From assembly GCA_963976765.1 (NCBI GenBank), contig CAXBME010000019.1, positions 124,001 to 160,915 on the forward strand: a DNA stretch of 36,915 nucleotides, written 5' to 3'. The notes below the pieces were generated by a model that was not told the DNA's origin, did not search any database, and saw only the letters and a program-made list of their open reading frames with translations. The stretch's first letter is position 1; each line of letters starts with the position of its first letter. The translations under genes and the position numbers were made by a program. Positions 1-9,707 of the stretch are shown one piece after another. Origin of the DNA: an uncultured Planctomycetaceae bacterium. Its GTDB lineage: Bacteria; Planctomycetota; Planctomycetia; Planctomycetales; Planctomycetaceae.

Positions 1-598
1 CTCCAATCAGATGAGCATGGAGCATGCTTCCCAGATGTCTGATCACACCGCCTAAAACGTACTGGATCAGCACAAGAAGGGGATACGCCCAAGCGAGAAA
101 CCAGACAACTTTCGAATGAGCCAAATCTTTTTCACTATGTGACCAGCCACGACTCGTTGCTGAACTGACCATCCACAAACTAACAAAGACCAGACATCCG
201 AAAACACTATGGCCGAATGCAACAAACTGTCGATCCAACCGAACTCTTAAGCCCCCTAACAGCCCCTGTACGATCACTCCAAGAAGAACCAGGACAACCG
301 CATACCGAATTCCTTTGGAACTCCTGCCTAGCCAGGCGACCGCACAGAGTCCAATCGAGCAGAAGCCGACCAACATCCCGGCCAGCCGATGGCCATGTTC
401 GACAAACTTATCGCCTGAAGACTGCAACCACGGATAGGACAACATTCCCTGACCGTCTGAAGTTGGCCAGTCGGGAAATGCCATGCCTGCCCCAAGAGTC
501 GTCACCAGTGAGCCAAGTCCAATCGGCGCTAAGGACACAACAGCAGTGATAACAGCAAGAACGTGGACAAGTTGGCCCTGTTTCGAACGACCAGACAA
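1..598 (-). CDS. ctaA: Heme A synthase (COX15/CtaA family), 3' end beyond window edge
   Basis: Not in the ORF track. Manual translation from TTG at 598 gives MSGRSKQGQLVHVLAVITAVVSLAPIGLGSLVTTLGAGMAFPDWPTSDG...FVEHGHRLAG, with the CtaA motifs G-M-A-x-P-D-W-P and E-H-x-H-R. Directly downstream of oxidase subunit I. Confidence 0.9.
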   Translation of the reverse strand, partial: MSGRSKQGQLVHVLAVITAVVSLAPIGLGSLVTTLGAGMAFPDWPTSDGQGMLSYPWLQSSGDKFVEHGHRLAGMLVGFCSIGLCAVAWLGRSSKGIRYAVVLVLLGVIVQGLLGGLRVRLDRQFVAFGHSVFGCLVFVSLWMVSSATSRGWSHSEKDLAHSKVVWFLAWAYPLLVLIQYVLGGVIRHLGSMLHAHLIG

Positions 599-614
599 CT
601 GACAGCCCCCGTTC

Positions 615-2480
615 TTACGAATGACTGCCTGAGTCGGAAGAAGCATCACCCGCTTCACCCTCACTTACTGGCTTCGGATCGAGCCTCTCAGTCTGCATCA
701 GGTAGTCTCGGTCATCCACTAATGGGGATGAGTATTCGTATGGTCCACGATAGACAACAGGAAGGATGTCAAAATTGCCGTGTCCAGGAGGCGATGGGGC
801 CGTCCATTCCAAGCCATTGGCGTTCCACGGGTTTCGGCCAGCTTTCTTACCAATAAAGATGCTGCTGATGAAATTTCCAATCAACAGAAACTGTGCAAAA
901 CCCATCAGCACAGCGCAGATTGTAATGAACTGATTCATGGGCATGAGATGCTCCATGTATGGGTGAATGTATGGATCCGCATATCGGCGTGGGAATCCAG
1001 CAATCCCAAGAAGATGCATTGGGAAGAACGTCCCGTTGAAACCAATGAACGTCAGAATAAAGTGGGCCTTTCCGAGTCGTTCGCTCATCATGCGTCCCCA
1101 CATTTTTGGGAACCAGAACTGAATTGCTCCGAAGCATCCGAACAGGGTCGCGCCAAACAGGACGTAATGGAAATGGGCAACAATGAAGTAGGTGTCGTGG
1201 AAGTAAATATCGACAGGAACTGCGGCCATGAATATGCCGCTCAATCCGCCTACCACGAACATTGATACGAATGCGACACAGTTGAGCGTGACCGTGTTGA
1301 ACTCGACCTTTCCGCCCCAGATCGTGCCAATCCAGTTGAAAACTTTCACGGCAGACGGTAGAGCAATCATCATCGTCGAGATCATGAATGTCATGCCCAA
1401 CGCCGGGTTCATACCACTGGTAAACATGTGGTGCCCCCAGACGATAAATCCAAGGCCGGCAATCGCAGCCATCGAGTAAACCATCGGTTTGTAGCCAAAA
1501 ATTGGTTTACGAACGACACAAGCCAACATGTCCGACACCATACCCATTGCTGGCAGCAACATGATGTATACAGCAGGGTGGGAGTAGAACCAGAACAGGT
1601 GCTGCCAGAGAAGAGGCTGGCCGCCGCCTACCGTCGGGTCACCATTGTTGACGATCAAGCCGCCAGGCACGAAAAAGTTGAAATTCAGCATTCGCTCAGC
1701 AACGAGCATGAATCCAGCGGCTGTCAGGACCGGGAGAGCGAAGGCCTGCAGGATCGCAGTTATGAACATCGACCAGATGGTTAACGGCATCCGGAACAGC
1801 GTCATTCCCGGCGCACGCATGTTGATGATAGTGGTCATGTAGTTGACAGACCCCATCATTGATGACACTCCGACAAGCGTCAGTCCGAATAGCCACCAGG
1901 TTTGGGCGTCACCCGCACCGGGCGCAGAGTCTCGAATTGCCGACAAAACAGGATAAGACGTCCATCCCTGGGCCGGTGCCGCATTTAACCCACCAACGAG
2001 GAAACTCAGTCCGAAGCAGACGATGGCAGGCCACATGAACCAGTAACTCAACATATTGAGTACTGGAAAAGCCATATCGTCAGCACCGATCATCAACGGG
2101 ATCAGAAAGTTTCCAAAGGCTCCTGCGAGAATCGGAATGATCACAAGGAAGATCATCACGGATGCGTGCATAGTGAATAACATGGTGTAAAACTCTGGCG
2201 AGATTTGACCACCTTCAGCAATGAAGTTGGGACCGCCAGTAAGTTCTGCAACCTGACTCACAAGTGGCATGGCGCGCCAAGGCCAAGCGAGTTGAAATCG
2301 CACGCCAAGTGCCAGAGATCCACCAACGAGCAGCATGAAAAGCGTTGTGAACAGGAACTGAATCCCGATCATCTTGTGGTCGGTTGAGAAGATATATTTC
2401 TTCACAAAGCCGATTTCATGATGGCCGTGATCGTCATGTGCATGAGACGAAAGGTCGGCAGCGGGGTTAAGCGTACTCAC
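615..2480 (-). CDS. ctaD: Cytochrome c oxidase subunit I, A2 type
   Basis: STDHK, TMH, WFYSHPAVY (YS motif instead of the A1-type Glu), WGHHM, AHFHY and PRRY motifs. The GTG start overlaps the ctaC stop (GTGA). Confidence 0.97.
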   Translation of the reverse strand: MSTLNPAADLSSHAHDDHGHHEIGFVKKYIFSTDHKMIGIQFLFTTLFMLLVGGSLALGVRFQLAWPWRAMPLVSQVAELTGGPNFIAEGGQISPEFYTMLFTMHASVMIFLVIIPILAGAFGNFLIPLMIGADDMAFPVLNMLSYWFMWPAIVCFGLSFLVGGLNAAPAQGWTSYPVLSAIRDSAPGAGDAQTWWLFGLTLVGVSSMMGSVNYMTTIINMRAPGMTLFRMPLTIWSMFITAILQAFALPVLTAAGFMLVAERMLNFNFFVPGGLIVNNGDPTVGGGQPLLWQHLFWFYSHPAVYIMLLPAMGMVSDMLACVVRKPIFGYKPMVYSMAAIAGLGFIVWGHHMFTSGMNPALGMTFMISTMMIALPSAVKVFNWIGTIWGGKVEFNTVTLNCVAFVSMFVVGGLSGIFMAAVPVDIYFHDTYFIVAHFHYVLFGATLFGCFGAIQFWFPKMWGRMMSERLGKAHFILTFIGFNGTFFPMHLLGIAGFPRRYADPYIHPYMEHLMPMNQFITICAVLMGFAQFLLIGNFISSIFIGKKAGRNPWNANGLEWTAPSPPGHGNFDILPVVYRGPYEYSSPLVDDRDYLMQTERLDPKPVSEGEAGDASSDSGSHS

Positions 2481-3307
2481 TGTGAGTCCTCGATTCCGTA
2501 TTCAGCGATCTGAGCTCCGGAATGTTCCGGCTGCGTGACGCCATCAAAATTCTGTTCTGCCTGAAGTGTCTTAATGTACTGATCGAATCCCGACTCACTC
2601 TCAGCAAACACACGACCTCGCATCTTGTAATGTCCCCATCCACATAGTTCTGCACAGGTCAAGTCGTACTCACCGGGTTTGGATGCCTCGAACCAGACTG
2701 GGATGATTGTTCCGGGTACTGCGTCCTGCTTGACTCGAAGCTCAGGAATGAAAAACGAGTGTTGAACGTCCATTGCCCTCAACCTGATTGATACCGGACG
2801 CCCGAATGGCACGTGGAGATCGTTTACCGTGTAGAGATCATCGGCTTGTGGGGTCGTCATCAACTTTTTGCCAGGAGCTGGATAGCGGATCCGCCATTCG
2901 AACTGCCGGGCTGTAACTTCAGCAACTGGCGTCGTACCTTCAGGGAAATGGCTCTTAACACGAAATTCCATCCACACGTCGAGCTGGTACAACGAGATAA
3001 ACATCAGGATTCCAGCAGGGGCAATTGACCACAACATTTCCAGATTGTGACTTCCGTGAGAAAACCAGGCTTTCGTGTCCTTATTATCAACACCACGCCA
3101 CAGCACATAACCGAGTGCGACGTGCGTGCCAACAAAGGTCACAGCAACAATGACAAGTATGAGATAGAACAGGTTGTCAATCTGCTGGCCCAGCGGGCTC
3201 ATGGCGGGACCTGGAAACCACCAGTCCATGCCCGGCGCAATGACGAAACTCACGATCGCAAGAATCGGCCAGAACATGAAAAATATGGGCCAGAACTTAT
3301 TCACCAC
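2477..3307 (-). CDS. ctaC: Cytochrome c oxidase subunit II (CuA), no fused cytochrome c
   Basis: DVQHSF and CAELCGWGHYKM CuA ligands, N-terminal hydrophobic helices, no CxxCH. Confidence 0.95.
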   Translation of the reverse strand: MVNKFWPIFFMFWPILAIVSFVIAPGMDWWFPGPAMSPLGQQIDNLFYLILVIVAVTFVGTHVALGYVLWRGVDNKDTKAWFSHGSHNLEMLWSIAPAGILMFISLYQLDVWMEFRVKSHFPEGTTPVAEVTARQFEWRIRYPAPGKKLMTTPQADDLYTVNDLHVPFGRPVSIRLRAMDVQHSFFIPELRVKQDAVPGTIIPVWFEASKPGEYDLTCAELCGWGHYKMRGRVFAESESGFDQYIKTLQAEQNFDGVTQPEHSGAQIAEYGIEDSQ

Positions 3308-3370
3308 TTACTCTCCACAGCGAAACTTGTATCGGCAGACGGAAACAACAGATAGAACTAGCAATCTCTC

Positions 3371-4807
3371 TTAGTGGCCGCTCTGCTTGTCTTCAAATGG
3401 AATACTGAGAACGTAATTCACAACATCCCAGATCTGTTCTTCCTTGAGCGTTGTCCCGAACGCCTGCATTGGCGTTCCTTTGATTCCCGAGTGAATTCGT
3501 CGATAGATGTCGATCGGTCGACGACCACCTCGAAACACGCCTGTTGTCAGGTCTCTTGGTTTTACAATATTGCCCCAGTTATCAAAAAGTCCTGGCTTAT
3601 CGGACTTGGTCCCTGGCGGCATGCCGGGGAGATCGTTAAAGGCCTCTGTTGATGGGCCGTTTCCTCGGGCCGTTTCTCCATGACACGAGGCGCACTTGGC
3701 GTCCTTGCTCAAAAAGAGTTCCCGGCCACGAGCAATTGACTCAGGAGAGGACGGTGTTCGCGGGGCAGTAGGGTTCACGACACTTTCTGGCTTGTCTGCG
3801 TCCTGCCAGTCAAGTTTCAGGTCATTTCCAAACCGTTCGATGAACTCGGCAGAATCCGTGTTCCATTCAGCCTCGAACTCCGATTGTAGCTCCGAGAGAC
3901 TATCAGCCTCGTTGACCGCTTCCTGCGAATAGGATGTCGAAAGCCAGGCATTCAGCTTCCGTTCCATTTCTCCTCGCATTGCCAGCCAGCGTACATATTC
4001 GACAATCAGATTTACTTCATCATCAGGCAGTAGCATGAACGACGGCATGTATGTGCCAGGTACACCCAGCTTGATGATCCGAAACAGGTCGTCACGGCTG
4101 GGATGCGGTACAGCTGCCTTGGTCGAGGTAAACTTAATGACTCCCTGCCGGTAGTCACGCGGTTTCACTTTGAAATACTGAGCAGTTGGACCCGCACCGT
4201 CACCACTTACCCCGTGGCAGTGCATGCAATGTCTCAGGTAGAGATTACGCCCGGTTTGCAAGGTTGACCCAAGCACCTGGACAGTGTCGCCTTCCGACGC
4301 ATTGAGCTGTGCAGGTTGTCCGGACTCATCAATAACGCTTAGTAGACGCGAGGCAGTATCGTACGAGGCGACGCGATAGACACTCGGTGCTGATGTGGCT
4401 TCTTCGTTAGCCGGCGCAGCTTCCGAAGTGGTTTCGGCTGATGATTGGGCGTTCGTAACGACAACGGCAGCACCTCTAAGACTTTGCAGTAGCTTTTCTG
4501 TTGCCAGTTCAGATTGAGGTTTCAGTCCGTCGGCTGCTGTCTGGCCAATTCGAATTGTTCCGGGGCGAGGGCCAACTTTTCCGATCGTTCCACCAAACTG
4601 ACCGAAGTCAATTTCCAACTCGGGCCAGACAACCAGTTCAGCAGGGCTTCCGAAGCCTGCAGTCAGCTCTCCCTGCACCTTGTCCTGGGCAAAGTTGCTC
4701 AGTTTCAAACTCTGTTCGCTGAGCTGGAAACTGGGCGCTCGACTGGAATCACAACCGACCAGCGGTAGTGCAGCGACGAGCAGAATGATGGAGATTGACC
4801 GTTTCAC
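3371..4807 (-). CDS. Diheme cytochrome c lipoprotein
   Basis: Lipobox LPLVG-C. CMHCH and CASCH, each followed by PRD..G and G(T)xM(P/Q) distal-Met motifs. Confidence 0.9.
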   Translation of the reverse strand: MKRSISIILLVAALPLVGCDSSRAPSFQLSEQSLKLSNFAQDKVQGELTAGFGSPAELVVWPELEIDFGQFGGTIGKVGPRPGTIRIGQTAADGLKPQSELATEKLLQSLRGAAVVVTNAQSSAETTSEAAPANEEATSAPSVYRVASYDTASRLLSVIDESGQPAQLNASEGDTVQVLGSTLQTGRNLYLRHCMHCHGVSGDGAGPTAQYFKVKPRDYRQGVIKFTSTKAAVPHPSRDDLFRIIKLGVPGTYMPSFMLLPDDEVNLIVEYVRWLAMRGEMERKLNAWLSTSYSQEAVNEADSLSELQSEFEAEWNTDSAEFIERFGNDLKLDWQDADKPESVVNPTAPRTPSSPESIARGRELFLSKDAKCASCHGETARGNGPSTEAFNDLPGMPPGTKSDKPGLFDNWGNIVKPRDLTTGVFRGGRRPIDIYRRIHSGIKGTPMQAFGTTLKEEQIWDVVNYVLSIPFEDKQSGH

Positions 4808-4892
4808 TGATAAGTCTCTTCAACTTTTAGCAGACCGGGTTCCGCTTTCAGATTCAACTATATGGATGAGCCGACGCCCATTATCTCAAGAA

Positions 4893-5744
4893 CTACAGAC
4901 CAAACTTTGATGGTGGATATTTCCACTCGACAGTAGTGGGTTTCCCAGGTGCGACCACGACTTCGATGCTTCTTTCCAGCTGAGAAGCACGTTCCTGAAA
5001 CACTCGAAACTTGTGCTTACCAGGAGGCAGATTTGGAATTTCAAACTTACCTTCCGCATTCGTGACTGCGTAAAACGGGTGGTCCACGACCAGGGTCCAG
5101 AACCTCATCCATGGATGAATAGCACAGGTAGACTGAAACGGAAGGGCCTCGGTGTTTCGAAACGACTTGATTACCGATGCCCCTGGTGGCATGTTCTCGT
5201 TAAAGCCGGCGTTTGCCGCTGGCTTGGCGTCAATGTTATGTGCAACCTTGTCTGAATTCTTCAGTTCGAACTCGATACCTGACCAGAAAACCAAGGTATG
5301 TGGCTTAAACAGACATGCCTGCTGATCAAGAGGCGCCAAGGCTTCAGGAGCTTCAAACTTAATGCCACTCGGTTTCTTGGCCAGATAGACGAATACGTTG
5401 GCGATTCCGCCGTTATCGCCTACGACCAGACTCTCATCAGGGATTGCCTCGTCTGCAGCGCACACTGCGGAATCGACTCGTGATGTCCCCTTCCCAACAA
5501 GCGGCGCCAGATTCGGCTTCGGACCGTCGAACAAAATCGTTCCCGTCAGGCTACCAGGCTCACCAGTAGCAACTGCGACATCGGTATCATCAGTATCGTC
5601 CACTGGTCCAGCATCAACGCCTCCTCGAACGGAGACTGTCGTCTGTGAGACAGCGCCGCCTCCCGGGTCGATTGATGCCAGATCGCAACCGATCACGACC
5701 AGCAATGCCGCAGGTACGAATACCAGTGTTGTTAGATTTCGCAT
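4893..5744 (-). CDS. Lipoprotein with cupredoxin-like domain and carboxypeptidase-regulatory-like beta domain
   Basis: Lipobox VVIG-C. HN motif plus CAIHPWM (type-1-copper-like C-x2-H-P-x-M). AVTNAEGKFEIPNLPPGKH beta-sandwich signature. Confidence 0.8.
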   Translation of the reverse strand: MRNLTTLVFVPAALLVVIGCDLASIDPGGGAVSQTTVSVRGGVDAGPVDDTDDTDVAVATGEPGSLTGTILFDGPKPNLAPLVGKGTSRVDSAVCAADEAIPDESLVVGDNGGIANVFVYLAKKPSGIKFEAPEALAPLDQQACLFKPHTLVFWSGIEFELKNSDKVAHNIDAKPAANAGFNENMPPGASVIKSFRNTEALPFQSTCAIHPWMRFWTLVVDHPFYAVTNAEGKFEIPNLPPGKHKFRVFQERASQLERSIEVVVAPGKPTTVEWKYPPSKFGL

Positions 5745-5769
5745 GGTTTCTTCTCCGAATTATCTACCG

Positions 5770-8700
5770 TTAGTTGAGGCTCGCCTGCTCGGCCGCTGCT
5801 GCTGCCGGGTCACGCCATGGTGGTAGAGGTTCGGTATTCTTCTCAAGTAGCCTGTAGTAGTTCATCAAAGCATCACGTACACCGATGGTCTGTGATTCCG
5901 CATCTGCTCCAAACAAAGGATTGTATTGCTTCTGACCTTTCGGGAACGGAATCGGCATCGCCGTGTAGGGCGTGATCCACTTTGGATTTGACACCCAGAC
6001 GGACAACCAGTCTGGACGGAGCCTTGAATTAACTCGATCCAGATTTGGTGCGTGTGTGACGTTTGGATCGTTCGGTGCTGCGCTGAACTCTCGACCGCCA
6101 ACACTATGACACTTGATGCAGAGCGTCGTGCTCAACATCTGCCACGATTCCTGAAGGTAAGAATTTTCAGATGCACGTTCTGCGTGGTTCTTACTGAATA
6201 GTTCCTGCATCTCAGCAAGGTAGCCCTGGTCCGACTGAGGAATCGCCTCGTAAGGGTAAATTGCTCCGTCGGCCGCAGCGAAATAGTTTGCGAGAATGCG
6301 GGCTTCGTTCTGGCTCATATTGAACTTAGGCATCCGGAGTCCAGTCTTCAGATAACGAATCTGATCGGGTTCACGCAGGAACCGATAGAGCCATTCAGTC
6401 TGAACCTTGACTCCTTCGCCGAACAATGGCGGCGGTCCATTCTGCCAGGCATCGTCGAATGCTTTCGGGTTGAATTCGTCACCCATACTGCGCCGAACAA
6501 GCCACTCGGCAAAGCCGCCAGTCTCAGCCTTTTTCAGTTTTGCAATGCGTGACTGCTGCGTCACGAATAACGACCCCGGTAGCTTCAGGCCAGCGTCCTC
6601 TTCAGAGCCTGGCTTTGTCAGGGAAGCTGGCTCCCAGGTTGTAAAGCTGTATTGCCAGGTTTCCGGATCGTCTTCGTCATAGAATGGTGAGTTCTCCGGA
6701 GTCATCATCAGCATTCCGCGGAACTTCATCGTGGGAAGCGTTTGATCGTCTTCACCATCGACGACGACCCTGTGGTCACGACCAGTCCAGGCTTCTGAAG
6801 GTGGTCTGATTTCCAGAAGCTTTTCCAATGCAAAACCGTGGAATGCGGATGCGTCTGTTGGCTCCATCGCCTGGTCGCCGTCTGAGACTGCGACTTCTAT
6901 CTCATGCATGTCGGTCATGTGACAACTAATGCAATTGTACTTTCGCAGAAGGATTTCACCCTGATTTCGATCTTCAGTACGACGATCGGGAGTGTAGACG
7001 TATTGCTCGGACGGCGGTTCAGCGACGAGCCCAAGAACGAACGTTGCAATTGACTCAATATTGTCGTCGGAGAGTGGGAATTTCGGCATTACAAGTCGTT
7101 CAACGTATGTCTTCGTTGAGGTTTTTTCGTAGTCGTAACTTCGCGGATGGCGAAGCTTCTGGAAGATGAACCCTGGCCGGCCATGATGCATCAGACTGTC
7201 GTAGAAAAAGCTCGTACGCATCGCTTCTTCACGCTCTTCCTCACTGTCAAAGGCATCTGCTGTCGCCTTCTTGAGTGCATCATTCACAAATGCAGCGGTG
7301 CTGCTTCCATCCTTCTCACCATGATGGTGGAGAAACTCGGCCACATGTTCCAGCGCGAGGCGACTCGGGTCTTTACGACCCCAGTCCTGTAAAGCTGTTC
7401 CAATCGGTCGCGATGTCCCAAATCCGTTGATGTCGTGGCAACCGTAGCAGCCATACCGGGAAATACTACGTCGTCCCAGATAATTCATCATAAGTGTACG
7501 GAACTGGTTCTCGTCTGGAGCACCTTCGCCGTCAAATACAAGTTCAATTTCGTCACCCTTGATTTCTTCTCTTGCGAGTGGAAATACCCTTGTCTCCATA
7601 AAGTCCTTGAACTGAGCTGCTGTCAGGAGTTTTCCCGACAGGTAAAGCTCAGCAAGATCGTTGGCCGCAGATTCATCAAATTCCGGAGCCGGCCATTCCT
7701 TTGGGCCATTGCCCACCAGAAAAGCGGCGATATCTGCTGCAGGGTCTTCTGTGACTTTTCCTTCAGCGTCGACAACAGGCTCAAGGAACAGATTCGGCAT
7801 TCGACTCCTCGGGTGATGCCGCTGTGGGTCTCGAATCCAAGTGTAGACCCAGTCGAATCCCGCTTGACCTGGCAATAATTTCTGGGCCGTCAAAGACAGG
7901 TCTGGGCCAAAGTCAGCATCACCGCCGGCAAAAGCTGGGTCGGCGTGCTGATGGCAAGCGATACACCCACGTTTCGCCATTGACTCTTTACCACGTTCTG
8001 CGTCTGGGACATAGTTGGCTGCGGGCGAGTCTAATTCTATGTCCGTCGACTGATGGCTCAGGAATTGAGCGATACCAGCAAGTTCGACTTTCGAGATTTC
8101 AATCCCTGCATGGTCTTTCAGATTGCTGAGTCCGAAGAATTTTGGCATACGCGTCGAGGGGCGGAATCGCTGCGGGTCTTCGGTCCAGTAGGCGATCCAG
8201 TTCTCGCCGGACTTTTGAGCGATGTGCTTTAAGCCCGGGCCAACTTTCCGCATTTTTCCCGGAACCATATTGGGATCGGATGCGTACTTGGGCAATTCTT
8301 CAATCGTTGGTTCCAGACGCAGATCTGGCCCAATCCGGTCATGTCCATCGAAACCGTTGATTTCATGGCAGCCAAAACAACCGTATTTCTGGATCAACTG
8401 CCATCCTTCGAAGGCCTTTGGTGCTGTCGGTCCAAATTTGGGGTTCACACCAAGTTCGATAACTTCGTGATGGCATTTCAAACAGGAAGATTCACGAAGG
8501 CGTTCCGGGAGCATAGGGTACTCCCAGAAGTGGTTATGGAAGTAGCCAAACTCGTCCTTCCACTCCTGTGCCTGCTTTGGATCATTCGGCCCATGCTGCG
8601 CGTTATGAAAGCTCGTTGCTGATCCCTGTCCGTCATGGCAAATGGTACATCCAAACTCTGGAAGCGGATGCGGACTGCTTGCTGTCAGATAGACATCGGG

Positions 8701-9630
8701 ACGTGGATGGCTTGAAAATGGATGAGGAAACTCGTTTGCCGCCACCCACTCTGTCGGGGAACTGTCCTGTGTCTCACCATGAGGGAAGCTTGGCACATTA
8801 CCAGCACCGAATTTATCAATTCCAAGGTGGCACGTTCGGCAACGGTCAAACCGTGCTGTCTTCGACATTCCCAGCGTGATCTTTAATTCGGGCAACCAGT
8901 CCTGAATGACTCTTTGATGCCCGTTAAACCCGTCAATAATCGGCAGCTCCATAAAGCCACGTTTAAATCTCTTCAGTGTGGAGCCCGGAGCGATGTCATC
9001 CAATGCCGTTTCAATCCTGGCGACCTGCGCCGTGTAGGCCTTTAACTCAGCCTCTAAAGCATCGCGCTCAGCTGTGATTTCCTGCAGCTCTTTTTGTTCT
9101 TCACGATACCTGGTTTCGAGCTGTTCCCATTCAAGCTCCAAGGTGTCGACGATACTCTTGGCGTCGTTAAATGCCTTTGTAAGCTGATCCATTTCATCAG
9201 CTGGCACAGCATCGCGAATTCCAAGATCCAGATTGGCCTTGGCAACGTCTCGGTCGGCGCGTTTGAATCGGACGTCCCGCCCCTTGAGGTCGTAAAGTCT
9301 CGCGGTCTCTGCAACTGTACTGCTCAGCTCAGAATAGTTCTTGTTACTGGTCGCCAACTGAGAATCAATACTGCTGATTCGCTCTTTAAGTTCAAGACTT
9401 TTCGTCGTGTAGGCCTCGGCACTACCGCCCGCTTCAACTTCAGCAGCAGTGATCGCATTTCGCGCAACTGCCGTTTCGATTGCGTCGAAATCGCTTTGGT
9501 ACCCACGCCATTCATCGTCATGGTCACGATAGAGGATCAACACCGTCGACAACGCGAAAGCGATTGCCGACAGGCAGAAGACAACGTGCACCTTTTTGAT
9601 GTTGCGGAGATATTGGTCAGTTGCAGGCAT
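5770..9630 (-). CDS. Membrane-anchored octaheme cytochrome c
   Basis: Eight CxxCH motifs (CRTCH, CTICH, CLKCH, CFGCH, CIACH, CYGCH, CISCH, CIKCH), one N-terminal TM helix and a long helical/coiled-coil segment. Confidence 0.92.
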   Translation of the reverse strand: MPATDQYLRNIKKVHVVFCLSAIAFALSTVLILYRDHDDEWRGYQSDFDAIETAVARNAITAAEVEAGGSAEAYTTKSLELKERISSIDSQLATSNKNYSELSSTVAETARLYDLKGRDVRFKRADRDVAKANLDLGIRDAVPADEMDQLTKAFNDAKSIVDTLELEWEQLETRYREEQKELQEITAERDALEAELKAYTAQVARIETALDDIAPGSTLKRFKRGFMELPIIDGFNGHQRVIQDWLPELKITLGMSKTARFDRCRTCHLGIDKFGAGNVPSFPHGETQDSSPTEWVAANEFPHPFSSHPRPDVYLTASSPHPLPEFGCTICHDGQGSATSFHNAQHGPNDPKQAQEWKDEFGYFHNHFWEYPMLPERLRESSCLKCHHEVIELGVNPKFGPTAPKAFEGWQLIQKYGCFGCHEINGFDGHDRIGPDLRLEPTIEELPKYASDPNMVPGKMRKVGPGLKHIAQKSGENWIAYWTEDPQRFRPSTRMPKFFGLSNLKDHAGIEISKVELAGIAQFLSHQSTDIELDSPAANYVPDAERGKESMAKRGCIACHQHADPAFAGGDADFGPDLSLTAQKLLPGQAGFDWVYTWIRDPQRHHPRSRMPNLFLEPVVDAEGKVTEDPAADIAAFLVGNGPKEWPAPEFDESAANDLAELYLSGKLLTAAQFKDFMETRVFPLAREEIKGDEIELVFDGEGAPDENQFRTLMMNYLGRRSISRYGCYGCHDINGFGTSRPIGTALQDWGRKDPSRLALEHVAEFLHHHGEKDGSSTAAFVNDALKKATADAFDSEEEREEAMRTSFFYDSLMHHGRPGFIFQKLRHPRSYDYEKTSTKTYVERLVMPKFPLSDDNIESIATFVLGLVAEPPSEQYVYTPDRRTEDRNQGEILLRKYNCISCHMTDMHEIEVAVSDGDQAMEPTDASAFHGFALEKLLEIRPPSEAWTGRDHRVVVDGEDDQTLPTMKFRGMLMMTPENSPFYDEDDPETWQYSFTTWEPASLTKPGSEEDAGLKLPGSLFVTQQSRIAKLKKAETGGFAEWLVRRSMGDEFNPKAFDDAWQNGPPPLFGEGVKVQTEWLYRFLREPDQIRYLKTGLRMPKFNMSQNEARILANYFAAADGAIYPYEAIPQSDQGYLAEMQELFSKNHAERASENSYLQESWQMLSTTLCIKCHSVGGREFSAAPNDPNVTHAPNLDRVNSRLRPDWLSVWVSNPKWITPYTAMPIPFPKGQKQYNPLFGADAESQTIGVRDALMNYYRLLEKNTEPLPPWRDPAAAAAEQASLN

Positions 9631-9707
9631 TGTCGTCCGGACCTGGCCAGTTAAACGAATTAGTTAAAGAAGCCGTTGATCAAACCCAATGGCTAATGTC
9701 ACAGCAT

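Noticed and set aside
217..549. Plus-strand 110-aa ORF
   Set aside because: Antisense shadow of ctaA, which has clear motifs on the minus strand.
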